Of a DNA stretch of 64,000 nt, positions 19,371 through 29,488 are shown piece after piece (the first letter of the stretch is position 1; each line of letters begins with the position of its first letter). The notes beneath the pieces are model-generated. The model was given only the letters and a program-made list of their open reading frames with translations. It was not told the DNA's origin and made no database searches. This DNA is from a virus (taxonomy: Duplodnaviria; Caudoviricetes): positions 53,328 through 117,327 of IMG/VR virus record IMGVR_UViG_3300037067_011041; one strand, written 5' to 3'. Made by a program: the position numbers and the translations under genes.

Positions 19371-19766
19371 ATGAATCTGACAGAAATTCCCTCACTGGCC
19401 CCGGCACTTGATAAGAAGCTGAAGAAAGCTGACATCAAAATCAAGGCAGGCAAAATCACATCGTTGGACGGGAGGTTCTTCGCGAATTTCTCTATCCCCT
19501 CGGTGGCCTTAGCCAGCATGTCGGCAGACGAGGTGTTCCTCAACTACCTGAGGCCCGCTGTTGAAGAAATCGGCAATCGAATCATTTCGTACGCCGATGG
19601 CAGCCCGCTTTGCACGAAGGCTCTTGCCCTGCCAGGAAAAGACTCGGCCGTGGTGGGCTTCAGATGTTTCAAGGGCATGGTCCCGGTAAACGTCTACATC
19701 GCGAGGCGAGTCGATCCGGATCGGCATCAATTCATCATCGATACAATTGTTCAAAAGGTGGCCTAA
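19371..19766 (+). CDS. hypothetical protein, possible capsid P-domain mimic
   Basis: SMSADEVFLNYLRPAVEEIGNRI...LALPG...ID pattern. Confidence 0.5.
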   Translation: MNLTEIPSLAPALDKKLKKADIKIKAGKITSLDGRFFANFSIPSVALASMSADEVFLNYLRPAVEEIGNRIISYADGSPLCTKALALPGKDSAVVGFRCFKGMVPVNVYIARRVDPDRHQFIIDTIVQKVA

Positions 19767-20857
19767 TGGCACGACGAGAATTTCTTCAACTCGCTGACAA
19801 ATTCAATCCGGAAAAGCACAATCCGGCTGGCATGTTCATCTCGGAGAAACTCGACGGCACACGAGTGTTCTGGGACGGCGGCATTTCTCGGGGGCTTATG
19901 ACCGACGCTGTGCCGTGGGCTAGCGTAACCAACCCGAAGACCGGCCTGCGAAAAGACAAGATCAAGACCTATTCCACTGGCCTGTGGTCCCGGTACGGCA
20001 ACCCGATCATCGCGCCTGATTGGTGGATCAACCGACTGCCCACCATGTTTCTTGATGGTGAGTTGTTTGCAGGTCGAGGGAACTTCCAGACTCTCCGGTC
20101 GATCGTCGCCAAAGACGTTGCTGACGAGGAGGAATGGCGAGAGGTTCAGTTCGCCGTGTTCGGCGCCCCTTCTACTGGATGTGTCTTCCAGGAGGGAGAA
20201 ATCAAGAACGCGAACTTCCACTGCAATATCGACGGCACGAAGATCGAAGAGTTCATGGAGTGGCGGCACGCGGCCGGTTTCATGGATGAGTTCTTTTGTG
20301 CCCCGAACGGGTGCACGTTTGCAGATGAATTGTCGCTGCTGCAAGCGTCTCTTCCACAAGACGACATTGTCTACTTGCACCAGCATCATTTGCTGCCAAA
20401 CAACCGTGGCGAGGCCCTCACATTCCTGGATCTCTTCATGGACCACGTTCTGAATGAGGGCGGCGAAGGCATCATGCTTCGCGACGCTAAGTCTATCTGG
20501 ACGCCGAAGCGAGTCAAGACGCTCCTGAAGTTCAAGCCGTTCACAGATGACGAGGGCGTCATCACTGGATTTGTGTCTGGTCGGCAGACCGACAAGGGCA
20601 GTAAGCTGCGCGGCCTGATCGGGGCTGTGATTCTTGACTATCACGGCAAGCGACTCGAATTGAGTGGCTTCACCGACGAAGAGCGGCGATTCAATACCGA
20701 AGAGTCGGCTGCTTACGCCTGGAACAATCCGGGGGTGGACATGCCTGCAAGCACTCAAGGCAAACACTTTAAGGTCGGCGACACGATCGAATTTCGCTAT
20801 CGCGAGTTGAGCGACGACGGAATTCCGAAGGAAGCCCGGTATAGCCGAAACGTTTAA
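19766..20857 (+). CDS. ATP-dependent DNA ligase
   Basis: SEKLDG.R, LDGELF, EGIML, LLKFK, OB domain ending ...G.P..ARY. Confidence 0.95.
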   Translation: MARREFLQLADKFNPEKHNPAGMFISEKLDGTRVFWDGGISRGLMTDAVPWASVTNPKTGLRKDKIKTYSTGLWSRYGNPIIAPDWWINRLPTMFLDGELFAGRGNFQTLRSIVAKDVADEEEWREVQFAVFGAPSTGCVFQEGEIKNANFHCNIDGTKIEEFMEWRHAAGFMDEFFCAPNGCTFADELSLLQASLPQDDIVYLHQHHLLPNNRGEALTFLDLFMDHVLNEGGEGIMLRDAKSIWTPKRVKTLLKFKPFTDDEGVITGFVSGRQTDKGSKLRGLIGAVILDYHGKRLELSGFTDEERRFNTEESAAYAWNNPGVDMPASTQGKHFKVGDTIEFRYRELSDDGIPKEARYSRNV

Positions 20858-21627
20858 GGAAGAAGCACACATGGAATCCACAGAGAAAAGGTTTGAGCCG
20901 GTAAAGTACGATGTCTCCATCCACGCTGTGTGCGGTGGGTTCAACGTGGTCGTGACGGAAGACGACGATGAAACGATCTTCATGCACCCTTCTTTACAAT
21001 CGGCCCAGCAGCTAGTTGATTGCCTGAAGCCCGATGTGTGGGCTGGCGATCCAGTCCCATGGTCAGTATTCTACCCAAGAAAGATGTCTGATGCGGCATG
21101 ACAAGAAAGTCAAAGATAAACGCATCTTGCTGAAAGGCGGTGAGTTTCTTGCCGTGGTGGAATACTATCGAGACACCCCGGCGAGAGACGAAGACCGGCC
21201 GGTCGAGCAGGCATGCGAATCTATCCCGGAGGCCCAGAAGTTCCTAGCCAAGTATCCCAGAGACATGTGGGTTGGCTACACGTTCACTGAAAGAAGCTAC
21301 CGAGAAATTGACGAAAGGCGACCAAGTGGACCGAGAAAAACTGCAAGAAAACCTTCTGAGGATTTGCAAAACCCACTTCCCAGAAATCACACTGTGCCAA
21401 TCTTTGGTCGCACGTTTGCTAGACCTGATCGAAGCGACGGTGGAGACGGCGACTGATGATGCCGTGAGTGAAGCCTACTCGGAAGGCTATGACTCTGCAC
21501 TAAGTCAAGTGGAATCAAACGCAGACTATGCCAACCAAGGAGGCTATGATGAGGGATATCAGGTTGGCTATGAGGATGGACATCAAGACGGTCTCGACGA
21601 TCGCGACTTTGAAGACGAGAGCTACTG

Positions 21628-22047
21628 ATGACTGTAGTCAAGTGTTACGGCGGGCCATATCACGGGCGCGAAGCGACTGTGACGGATGGCAAAGGGCGAT
21701 TTGAAGCCTTCTTTAGAATAGGGCCTCCACCTGTCATACGTACTTGTGAAGACTTCTTCATGGCCTATGCGCCGAGGCTTGATAAACCGGACGTCTACAC
21801 TTACTTCATCAGCGAATACAGGCAAGTAGGGTTCACTGCCGCCGGGTCCGAAGTACGCCGCAAAATGTGTATTGCTCTTCTCGATGGTTGCGATTTGACA
21901 TCAAGAGAATTTTGCGACATCGAAAGAGACATGGAGAAAGTGCCATGGAAATGGCTGAAGAAACCCAGTTTCCTTACTCAGTTCGATCAGTGGTTTGAAT
22001 ACACCCTTAATGAGATCGGCTGGGAACAACCCACAGTGAGGTATTGA
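21628..22047 (+). CDS. hypothetical protein
   Basis: GGPYHG N-terminal motif. Confidence 0.6.
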   Translation: MTVVKCYGGPYHGREATVTDGKGRFEAFFRIGPPPVIRTCEDFFMAYAPRLDKPDVYTYFISEYRQVGFTAAGSEVRRKMCIALLDGCDLTSREFCDIERDMEKVPWKWLKKPSFLTQFDQWFEYTLNEIGWEQPTVRY

Positions 22048-22898
22048 TGTTCATGTCGTTGATGTTGTTCATTATGTTGGCTCTCGCGGCCGTTACGCCA
22101 TCGTCTGGGGCCGAGATCCAGCTTGGTGAAGGCCAGCCCGATGACACCCTGGCCATACGAACGTTGGTCGAGAAGTTCGACTCACCTGACGTTGTCATTC
22201 GTACTGAGCCGACTTTGGTGGTTCAACCCGCCTTCGTGAACTACGCCCTGGCATGTGCGAAGCTGGACGGGGCCGCTCCGATTCTGGCTGAGGTGCTCGC
22301 TGGAGGGGACTACTCGCAGCAAGCCCGAGTGGCCGCCGCTGTTGCTCTGGAGGCTATTGGTCCTGACGCCATAGTCGCTGAACCCGCACTCCGAGGTATG
22401 TTATCCTCCCCAGAAGAGGGGGAAAACAATCTTGCTTGTGGCATCATCCGTGGCATCGGACCCGACGCCGTACCGCTCCTGCCGCTCGTGCGTGCCCTCC
22501 TGAACGCTGACAGCTTCCACACTCAATACTGGGCCTGTCGAGCTATCGCGGCCATGGGCGAGGACGCCAGCGACGCCACAGGCGATCTGTGCCAGTTACT
22601 GACCAACCAACCAGCCTCCGTCCGCAGAAACGCCTGCATCGCCCTTGGTGAGGTGGCCGTGGCCAGCCCTATGGTACCGGAAGTTGTCGAACTGCTTGCG
22701 AAGGTGGCGAAGGAAGACCCGGTCGCACCGGTACGCGAAGCCGCCGAAGGGGCTATCAAGACGATCATTGGTTACTACCCATTTGGAGTTGAGGCGCCTG
22801 CTGATCCTACTTGTTCAACTGGATTGGATCGACAGATCGCCGGACGCTACCACCTTCGCAGCAGAACAACCCGGTTCTACCGCCGATCAATTGGCTGA
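22047..22898 (+). CDS. secreted HEAT-repeat protein
   Basis: signal peptide; repeated R..AA.AL..IG..A..A.P.L units. Confidence 0.8.
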   Translation: MFMSLMLFIMLALAAVTPSSGAEIQLGEGQPDDTLAIRTLVEKFDSPDVVIRTEPTLVVQPAFVNYALACAKLDGAAPILAEVLAGGDYSQQARVAAAVALEAIGPDAIVAEPALRGMLSSPEEGENNLACGIIRGIGPDAVPLLPLVRALLNADSFHTQYWACRAIAAMGEDASDATGDLCQLLTNQPASVRRNACIALGEVAVASPMVPEVVELLAKVAKEDPVAPVREAAEGAIKTIIGYYPFGVEAPADPTCSTGLDRQIAGRYHLRSRTTRFYRRSIG

Positions 22899-22925
22899 TT
22901 TCTGGCTCAGTTTGTCGTTTTCTGC

Positions 22926-22953
22926 TTGACTTTTTCTCTGGGTGTGGTATACT
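22926..22953 (+). promoter_or_regulatory. sigma70-type promoter, leaderless gene follows
   Basis: TTGACT-N16-TATACT; ATG at 22960. Confidence 0.85.
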
Positions 22954-22959
22954 TGATAT

Positions 22960-23226
22960 ATGAGAACAGCTTTGATTGGATTCATCTGGGCAGTCACCGC
23001 GATAGACATTTGGTGCTGCCAGTGGCTCACACCCGACGCTGAGATGAATCCGATCGCCCTCTGGTTGCTTGTTCACTACGGTGTGTGGACCTTGGTAGCC
23101 GTGAAGGTGTTTGGCACATGGATTGTCACTGAGTGGTTGCGTCACCTTCGTTTCTTCTACACACTAGTGGTGGCCGGTGTGATGGCCACGCTGCTCATGA
23201 TCCTGACGGGAGTCCTTCCGATATGA
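22960..23226 (+). CDS. small integral membrane protein (E.NP motif)
   Basis: three hydrophobic segments, AEMNP. Confidence 0.65.
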   Translation: MRTALIGFIWAVTAIDIWCCQWLTPDAEMNPIALWLLVHYGVWTLVAVKVFGTWIVTEWLRHLRFFYTLVVAGVMATLLMILTGVLPI

Positions 23227-24221
23227 GAGTTGTCGAACGGCTGTCACCCACCTTCCTGCATCTCTGGGAATCAGACCGGGAAGAGTGCTACAAGAAGTAC
23301 ATGTCTGAGAATCGGCCAGAGCGAGAGCCCCAGTCGCCTCCAATGGCGGCCGGTAGTTCTTTTGATGCTCACGTTAAGTGTGCTCTCTATCAGCACCTGT
23401 ACGGCAATGACGGAGACGGCGTATACAACCTACAAGCCTTGTTTGAATCTCAGGTATCCAATCCAGAGATTCGCCCTTGGGCATGGGAAGCTGGCAAGTA
23501 CGCGTTCGACGTCTACCGCACCTGGGGTTGTTACGACGAACTGCTGCACGAGCTAGAAAAGAGCGAGAAGCCGCCGAAGTTTGAATTTGAGTTGGCTGGC
23601 TCAGTGTGTGGCGTACCGATGGTTGGGCGGCCTGACCTTTGGTACGAGCGCGGCGTGCAAGTCGTCTACGACTGGAAGTTGACTGGCTATTGCTCGAACA
23701 GCGCAACGTCACCGAAGAAGTTCTACAAGACTTGCCGAGATTGCTGGGGCATGGACCGGGCCAAGCCCACTCGGGGCGGAGGAGAAGCAAAGGCGCACCC
23801 TGGATATTCTGAAATCGATCACTTCGGCCACAAGATTGGTGGCCACTGGATGGAGGAAGTCGACGGCAAGTGGGCGGATCAGATCGCTATCTACTCGTGG
23901 CTTCTTGGTGTGCCGATTGGCGACGCCAATATGGTGACAGGCATCGACCAACTGGCCTGCAAGCCTGCCCCTGACCCGGAGAAGTGTCGGCACCCTCTCA
24001 TTCGAGTGGCCCAACATCGCTGCCGGATCTCTGAGGCATGGCAGAACAGTCTTCGCGATCGTCTTGTGCACTGCTGGGGACAGATCCAGTCCGGGCATAT
24101 CTTCGACGATATGACTCGTGAAGACAGCGACGCACGTTGTGAGGTTTTGGACATGGAACAGCCGGACACCGGAGACGATGAATTCTGGGCGGCGGTTAAT
24201 GCAAAGGAATACAGAGGATGA
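23223..24221 (+). CDS. PD-(D/E)XK exonuclease-like protein (RecB/Cas4-like)
   Basis: LSPT, G.PD, VYDWK, Q..IY. Confidence 0.8.
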   Translation: MRVVERLSPTFLHLWESDREECYKKYMSENRPEREPQSPPMAAGSSFDAHVKCALYQHLYGNDGDGVYNLQALFESQVSNPEIRPWAWEAGKYAFDVYRTWGCYDELLHELEKSEKPPKFEFELAGSVCGVPMVGRPDLWYERGVQVVYDWKLTGYCSNSATSPKKFYKTCRDCWGMDRAKPTRGGGEAKAHPGYSEIDHFGHKIGGHWMEEVDGKWADQIAIYSWLLGVPIGDANMVTGIDQLACKPAPDPEKCRHPLIRVAQHRCRISEAWQNSLRDRLVHCWGQIQSGHIFDDMTREDSDARCEVLDMEQPDTGDDEFWAAVNAKEYRG

Positions 24222-24673
24222 TTCAAGTTTTTGTAGCCCAAATCAAGGACATGGGATCGGTTACAAGCCTCAATTTTCAAACACAGGAGTTTCCTTTAGA
24301 CGTCGAGGAACTGAGGCCCTATTTCTTCGACTCAACTAAGCGAGCTATCCTGGCAAAGATCAGTACGAAACACATTGCCTTTGCCTGTGTGAGCATGAAG
24401 GATGGCATCACAACTATCGATGCCATTGGAACACATCCGCAATTTCGCAAACACGGCGTCGCCACGTTGATTGTCAACAAAGCCGAGCTAATTGTGAAAG
24501 GCAACAGGGTGCGCATCCTGGTCCCTGACTATCAAGTAGACGACAGGACCGATCCCTGGAACATTGAGCAATGGCTATGGAAAGCAGGCTTCAAAGCTGT
24601 CGGCTCCAAACCAGGATGCATTCGGTACAACCACGACTACGATTACTACATCTTTGAGAGGTTGCCTTCGTGA
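24218..24673 (+). CDS. GNAT acetyltransferase
   Basis: HPQFRKHGVAT motif A, K.GF. Confidence 0.8.
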   Translation: MIQVFVAQIKDMGSVTSLNFQTQEFPLDVEELRPYFFDSTKRAILAKISTKHIAFACVSMKDGITTIDAIGTHPQFRKHGVATLIVNKAELIVKGNRVRILVPDYQVDDRTDPWNIEQWLWKAGFKAVGSKPGCIRYNHDYDYYIFERLPS

Positions 24674-25263
24674 GCCTGCATGAGCCAGCAATCGAGAGAA
24701 TCAAGAAATCGGTCGACGGCGACGGCTTCCTAAGCGTCTTCGAGGCCCTCGTGAATGAGGCAGAGACCATGGGAACGGAAGTCGGTCAAGTGTGTATGCC
24801 TTACATTGAAGAGGGCGACGAGTTTGTCGAAGGCACGTGGGTGCCTGAGTTGTGGATCGTTGTTCGGAAAGTCCTTCCTCAGTGAGGTTACCGTGTTCGA
24901 TATTGAAGAGACAATACTCGTTGGCGTCGTCATGGTTCTCAAGCTTTTTGTGTACCTGTTCGCGGTCATGTTTGTCGTGGTTCTGGTGCCGCTTTGGCTT
25001 CCATTCTGGTTGCTAGGAATGATTGTCGCTGTCAGGTCTGGCGGCTGCCCAATCGATAACGATGCAAGTCTTGGAGGATAGGGTATGCGACTCTTCAACG
25101 CGTTACTGTGCGGTTTTGTAACCGGTGCTACCTTCTTCCTGGTCACCACAATGCCAAAGGAAGCAGGCGAGGATAACGATGATCTCCAAGTAAGCTTTAC
25201 ACTGGGCTTCATTGCTGGTGTGGCATCAATCATGTCGCTGCTGACCTGTTCAGGAGGCGTCCG

Positions 25264-25998
25264 GTGAAAAAAGAACTCATCTGCACGAACTCGATCGAGT
25301 GGCTGACGAACCAATACACCCATTACCGTATGCTGTTCGGCGACCCGCCAGATGGCATCGGCTTGAAGTACAACGGGTTCAAGGACAAGATCAGTCCGAA
25401 AGCCTACGAGATAATGTTGCACAACATTCTTATGGCCGGGCACGCGTGCTTCGACGTCATTTGGCTAAGTGTAAACACTCGCTGGTCCGCGTTGCTTGGA
25501 TATGTTACCCACCAGTTTTTGAAGCAGGCAACCGGCTGGGAATTCAAAGCGTGCGTGCAGACATTCACGTTCGGGCAGCACTGCGAGACCGATTTCGGCA
25601 ACAACCATCGACTGCTATACCGCTACAGACTAGTGACTGAAAACACATACTCTGACGCCATCCGAGTTCCATCGTGGAGACAATTGAACGGTGACAAGAG
25701 AGCCAATCCCAATGGTCGAGTGCCGGGCGACGTATTCGATTTTCCCAGGGTCACGGGAAACAGTAAGCAGAGACGTAAGTTCTCTCCGACTCAGTTACAC
25801 GAGGGCCTGTATGAACGCTGTATCAAGTCTTGTTGCGTTCCGGGAGATACTGTTGTCGATTTGTTCGCCGGAAGCGGAACACTTGGACGAGTGGCCGACC
25901 GATGCGGAGTGAATGCCCTGATGCTGGAAGTGAGCCGCGAGACCTGCGACGAAATCCTGAAAGATCAACCTGAAACCATCGAGGTGCGTAATGGCTGA
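25264..25998 (+). CDS. N4/N6 DNA methyltransferase (beta order), DPPD variant
   Basis: DPPD motif IV, PTQ, DLFAGSGT motif I. Confidence 0.85.
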   Translation: MKKELICTNSIEWLTNQYTHYRMLFGDPPDGIGLKYNGFKDKISPKAYEIMLHNILMAGHACFDVIWLSVNTRWSALLGYVTHQFLKQATGWEFKACVQTFTFGQHCETDFGNNHRLLYRYRLVTENTYSDAIRVPSWRQLNGDKRANPNGRVPGDVFDFPRVTGNSKQRRKFSPTQLHEGLYERCIKSCCVPGDTVVDLFAGSGTLGRVADRCGVNALMLEVSRETCDEILKDQPETIEVRNG

Positions 25999-26455
25999 AG
26001 CACCTTATGACACCTGGGGCTATCATCTTGGCGGGTATGATCCGAGACCCGTTCCGTTACGACGTTATCTGTGCTTTCAGAACGAAGTGATCGTTGGCTG
26101 GCACGAAGATGAGTTAGTGCGGTTTGTGATGGAAAAACACCCCGAAGCAAGCCGTCTGCCTGCCAGCGGAAAGCACACTGCCCTTCCATGGGATATCGTA
26201 AGTGTGTTTGTTATCGATAATCCGGAAGCTATCGACGGCGTTACGACGGTGGCATACTTGTGGAGGGAGCGACTCTGATGTGCGTTCTAACTAACGTCGG
26301 TTACTTCGGCTGCGAATTGCCTACACTCGAATGTAGCGAGTGCGACACGCGATTCTCAATAACCTGGAATCGCAACCCGATATACGACCAACCAAGGTAC
26401 TGTCCGTTCTGCGGAGAAGAGATCGAAGTAATCGTTTGGGAAGTTGAGGACGACG

Positions 26456-26812
26456 ATGGCCAGTAAAACCTGCCCGGCGTGCCAGAAGGTCCACGGCCCT
26501 CGCAAGAAAGTGTGCGAGTGTGGCCACGACTTCGGCGTGAAGACCGCCAACCATCCTGGTGGCACATACCCGGAGCCCGGCTCTCGGGTGCTCGAACACA
26601 TGAAGGGCATGCCAGAAGTAGAACTAGGAACAGTCGTCACTGAGATGACCCCCACCGAGGAAGTGAAGCAACAGGTGTCGATTGAAGGTCTTGGGTACTG
26701 CATCTACACACTAATTCCTGCCAACAAGATCGAAGATCCGACGCTACGGTCCCTGTGGAAAGTGGCGCGAAAAGCCATGCAAGACATCGTTGTCTGGCTG
26801 AATCAACCTTGA
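26456..26812 (+). CDS. Zn-ribbon protein
   Basis: CPAC...CECGHDF. Confidence 0.6.
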   Translation: MASKTCPACQKVHGPRKKVCECGHDFGVKTANHPGGTYPEPGSRVLEHMKGMPEVELGTVVTEMTPTEEVKQQVSIEGLGYCIYTLIPANKIEDPTLRSLWKVARKAMQDIVVWLNQP

Positions 26813-26819
26813 GGAACAA

Positions 26820-27209
26820 ATGAAAATCGAAGAACTGGAATTGCTGTTGTCCAACTATCCGCCAGAGACGAACGTGCTGTTCACTCTTGGCGATCATATC
26901 TCAATGAATTACGTGCTTGCTTTCCCTGTGCCAAGGGAGACGATCATGTTGGAGTTGTGCAACTTAGATGACACCGGGGTGTCGCAAGGTCTGCCTGACA
27001 ACCTTACCGTCGTGGACAAGGATGAACTGGAAACGGCCCGCAAGGTGCTGGCCTTGGTCATTAAATGCCGCCGACAAGACTTGCTGGCAACCAAGCTTGA
27101 AACTGAGGGCGACCCGGACGGCAAGTTGAAGGCTACCCTAGACCAATTGGACTATGAGTCAGACGAACTCATGGCCGTGATTGACAAACATATCGAGAGC
27201 ACCCGATGA
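26820..27209 (+). CDS. hypothetical protein
   Basis: GAGG RBS. Confidence 0.6.
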   Translation: MKIEELELLLSNYPPETNVLFTLGDHISMNYVLAFPVPRETIMLELCNLDDTGVSQGLPDNLTVVDKDELETARKVLALVIKCRRQDLLATKLETEGDPDGKLKATLDQLDYESDELMAVIDKHIESTR

Positions 27210-27466
27210 GCGAATACCTTGATTGCCGGGGCGTGCGAATCACAATCGGGGACGTAATCGTCTACCCGGTCCGACGCAAATCAACCATGGTGCTGAAGGA
27301 AGCCACCGTATGCGACATTCCAGGGAAGGGTTGTACCGTCAAGAAGGGCCTCGTGGCCCTGAGTCCCGAAGGCAAGCGGGTTATCGTGTCACGTACCGAT
27401 CGCTGTGCCGTCGTGTCCGATTTCAGCAAGAGGAGAAAGAATGGCGACGTACCAGTATCAGTGTGA
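27206..27466 (+). CDS. hypothetical SH3-like protein
   Basis: D..G..I.IGD.I.Y pattern. Confidence 0.55.
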   Translation: MSEYLDCRGVRITIGDVIVYPVRRKSTMVLKEATVCDIPGKGCTVKKGLVALSPEGKRVIVSRTDRCAVVSDFSKRRKNGDVPVSV

Positions 27467-27650
27467 GTGTGGCGAAGTGATCGAGCGGGACTTCCCGATT
27501 GCCGAGAGAAAGCAGCGGGTGAAATGCCCGGTGTGTGGGAAAATGGCCGACCGGGCTATTCTCTCGTGCCCGGCCGCGATATGCCGTTACAGCCTCATTG
27601 AAAGGAATCTCGGAAACCCGCGAGTAAACCGGGGAAAGGGTCGCCGATAA
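27441..27650 (+). CDS. FmdB-family Zn-ribbon protein
   Basis: YQYQCECG...CPVCG. Confidence 0.75.
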   Translation: MATYQYQCECGEVIERDFPIAERKQRVKCPVCGKMADRAILSCPAAICRYSLIERNLGNPRVNRGKGRR

Positions 27651-28456
27651 TGCTCAATCGACTTCGCAACACCAGATGCTATTTGTGCGGCGCGATGGAC
27701 CGGGTACGCGATGGCGGCGTCGAATGGCGAGCCCGGATTCAATCCTCGCTCTCGCACCTCGGAATCAATTGGCTTGACCCCTGCAACAAGCCGATTGATA
27801 TTGGGATCGAGGACATGGAAAACAGGGCCCTTCGTCGCGAATACAAACAGAAGGGCCTGTGGGACAAAGTCTACGATCTGATGCACCCTGTGCGTTGCGT
27901 AGATCTCCGTATGGTCGATGTATGTGACTTCGTCGTCGTGCTTATCGACGTCAGCATACACGCCTGTGGAACGTACGAGGAAATCTTCTGGGCCAATCGA
28001 CAGAAGAAGCCAGTGTTCGTCATGGTGGCTGATGACAAGGTGAACATCCCTGACTGGCTGGTGGCCACCCTTCCTCATGAGTATTTCCACGACTCATGGG
28101 AAGAGCTATTCGCGCACATTGAGAAAGTGGACCACGACCCCGCATTTGTTGACAATTACCGCCGTTGGTATTTCTTCAACTGGACAGGGGACACCGACAC
28201 CAAGCTTGAGTTCAAGGACTCGTATCGGTCTCCGGTATTTCATCCGGACCCGAGCCGCCGTCTACGAACGTTGGTTAAGTCTGTCGGCTGGGAGACGTTC
28301 TCCATGCTGCTAACATTTCTCATTTCGTACCTTGTTGTAGGTGACACCCGAGAGGCAAGCGAATTGACAGGCATCTTGTTCGGACTGAAAGTGTTCTGCC
28401 TTTACGGTTACGAACGCCTGTGGCACAAAATCAGATGGGGTAAATATGCTGTATAG
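27650..28456 (+). CDS. nucleoside 2-deoxyribosyltransferase-like domain fused to a small DUF2061-like membrane domain
   Basis: YLCGAM, WR, DL.MVD.CD, GT.EE, KPV; C-terminal R.LVKS..W...YER.W.KI.WG. Confidence 0.75.
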   Translation: MLNRLRNTRCYLCGAMDRVRDGGVEWRARIQSSLSHLGINWLDPCNKPIDIGIEDMENRALRREYKQKGLWDKVYDLMHPVRCVDLRMVDVCDFVVVLIDVSIHACGTYEEIFWANRQKKPVFVMVADDKVNIPDWLVATLPHEYFHDSWEELFAHIEKVDHDPAFVDNYRRWYFFNWTGDTDTKLEFKDSYRSPVFHPDPSRRLRTLVKSVGWETFSMLLTFLISYLVVGDTREASELTGILFGLKVFCLYGYERLWHKIRWGKYAV

Positions 28457-28943
28457 CAATGAAATCCGCATGTTGATGCGTTCAGCCTATGGGGCGGCCA
28501 TAAACTCTGATGACAGGGTCACCAAAAACGGAGCCGCCATCATCAACAGTGGAGGAGACGTCCTGGTTCGCGGTTGGAACCATTTTGTCGACGGCTGGGG
28601 CGACGATGAAGCCCACCATGAGAGGCCGTTCAAATACAGTGTGACAGAGCACGCTGAAAGGGACGTGATCTATAAAGCTGCCAACGTTGGCGTTGCATGT
28701 CAAGGAAAAACCATGATAGCCAACTGGGTTGCTTGCCCTGAATGTGCAAGAGCCATCAAATTGGCCGGTATCAAGCTTGTGATCTGTCACAAGGAATGCA
28801 TGGATAGGACGCCCGATAGATGGGCCGAGATGGTAGCCCTTGGATTGTCGATACTAAAGAAGGGCGGCGTGGAACTCGTTCAATGGAGCGGCAAGGTTGA
28901 CCGAGTACAGAACCTTAACAACGGAGAGATCTGGGAACCATGA
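28446..28943 (+). CDS. dCMP deaminase
   Basis: GWN, HAE, CPECARAI..AGI. Confidence 0.9.
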   Translation: MLYSNEIRMLMRSAYGAAINSDDRVTKNGAAIINSGGDVLVRGWNHFVDGWGDDEAHHERPFKYSVTEHAERDVIYKAANVGVACQGKTMIANWVACPECARAIKLAGIKLVICHKECMDRTPDRWAEMVALGLSILKKGGVELVQWSGKVDRVQNLNNGEIWEP

Positions 28944-29488
28944 TCGGAGCAATCATTTACTCTGTGCTGGTGATTTTGGTATTGGCGTGGTCGCGGGCAT
29001 CGGCGATCAGCGCCGATTCAAAATGGCAGAAAAAGCTTCGGCTCGTTGAGGAGCAGCTAAAGAAGGCCAACACGCCTGTACTGTACAACAAGTACCCTGA
29101 GTTTGATGAGCAAGTGCCGCTGGGCCTTGTAAGCGGTCACATCACACGCCAACTTGATGAGCCAAGCGATCATGGCTTGAAGAAGTTGTATGAGTCATTG
29201 TTGGAAGACAACGACAATGTCAGCAAGCTGACAGTTTTCCTTGACACAGAGTATGGCACCTTTGTACGTACACTTGAGAAAGATGCCTTCAGGGATGTCA
29301 AGGTAGACGACTCGTCCGCGCACGTGCACACTAAATGGGCTCCTATACACTGCGGTAAAGCATGCACAGTAAATGGATACATTGTGTTCCAAGACTCAAT
29401 CTTGAAATACTTTGCCAGCGACATTGACATGCATCCTGGGGACGTTCTAAACTTATCGTATACGTTGAATCCAAAGGACGTTGAATGA
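28940..29488 (+). CDS. membrane-anchored hypothetical protein
   Basis: N-terminal TM, beta-rich C-terminus. Confidence 0.6.
   Translation: MIGAIIYSVLVILVLAWSRASAISADSKWQKKLRLVEEQLKKANTPVLYNKYPEFDEQVPLGLVSGHITRQLDEPSDHGLKKLYESLLEDNDNVSKLTVFLDTEYGTFVRTLEKDAFRDVKVDDSSAHVHTKWAPIHCGKACTVNGYIVFQDSILKYFASDIDMHPGDVLNLSYTLNPKDVE

Noticed and set aside
23223-24221. CRISPR-associated Cas4
   Set aside because: Stand-alone PD-(D/E)XK nuclease without a clear four-Cys Fe-S set or cas context
28940-29488. tail-protein mimic (C-terminal GDVLNLSYTL)
   Set aside because: A single short resemblance, too weak to support
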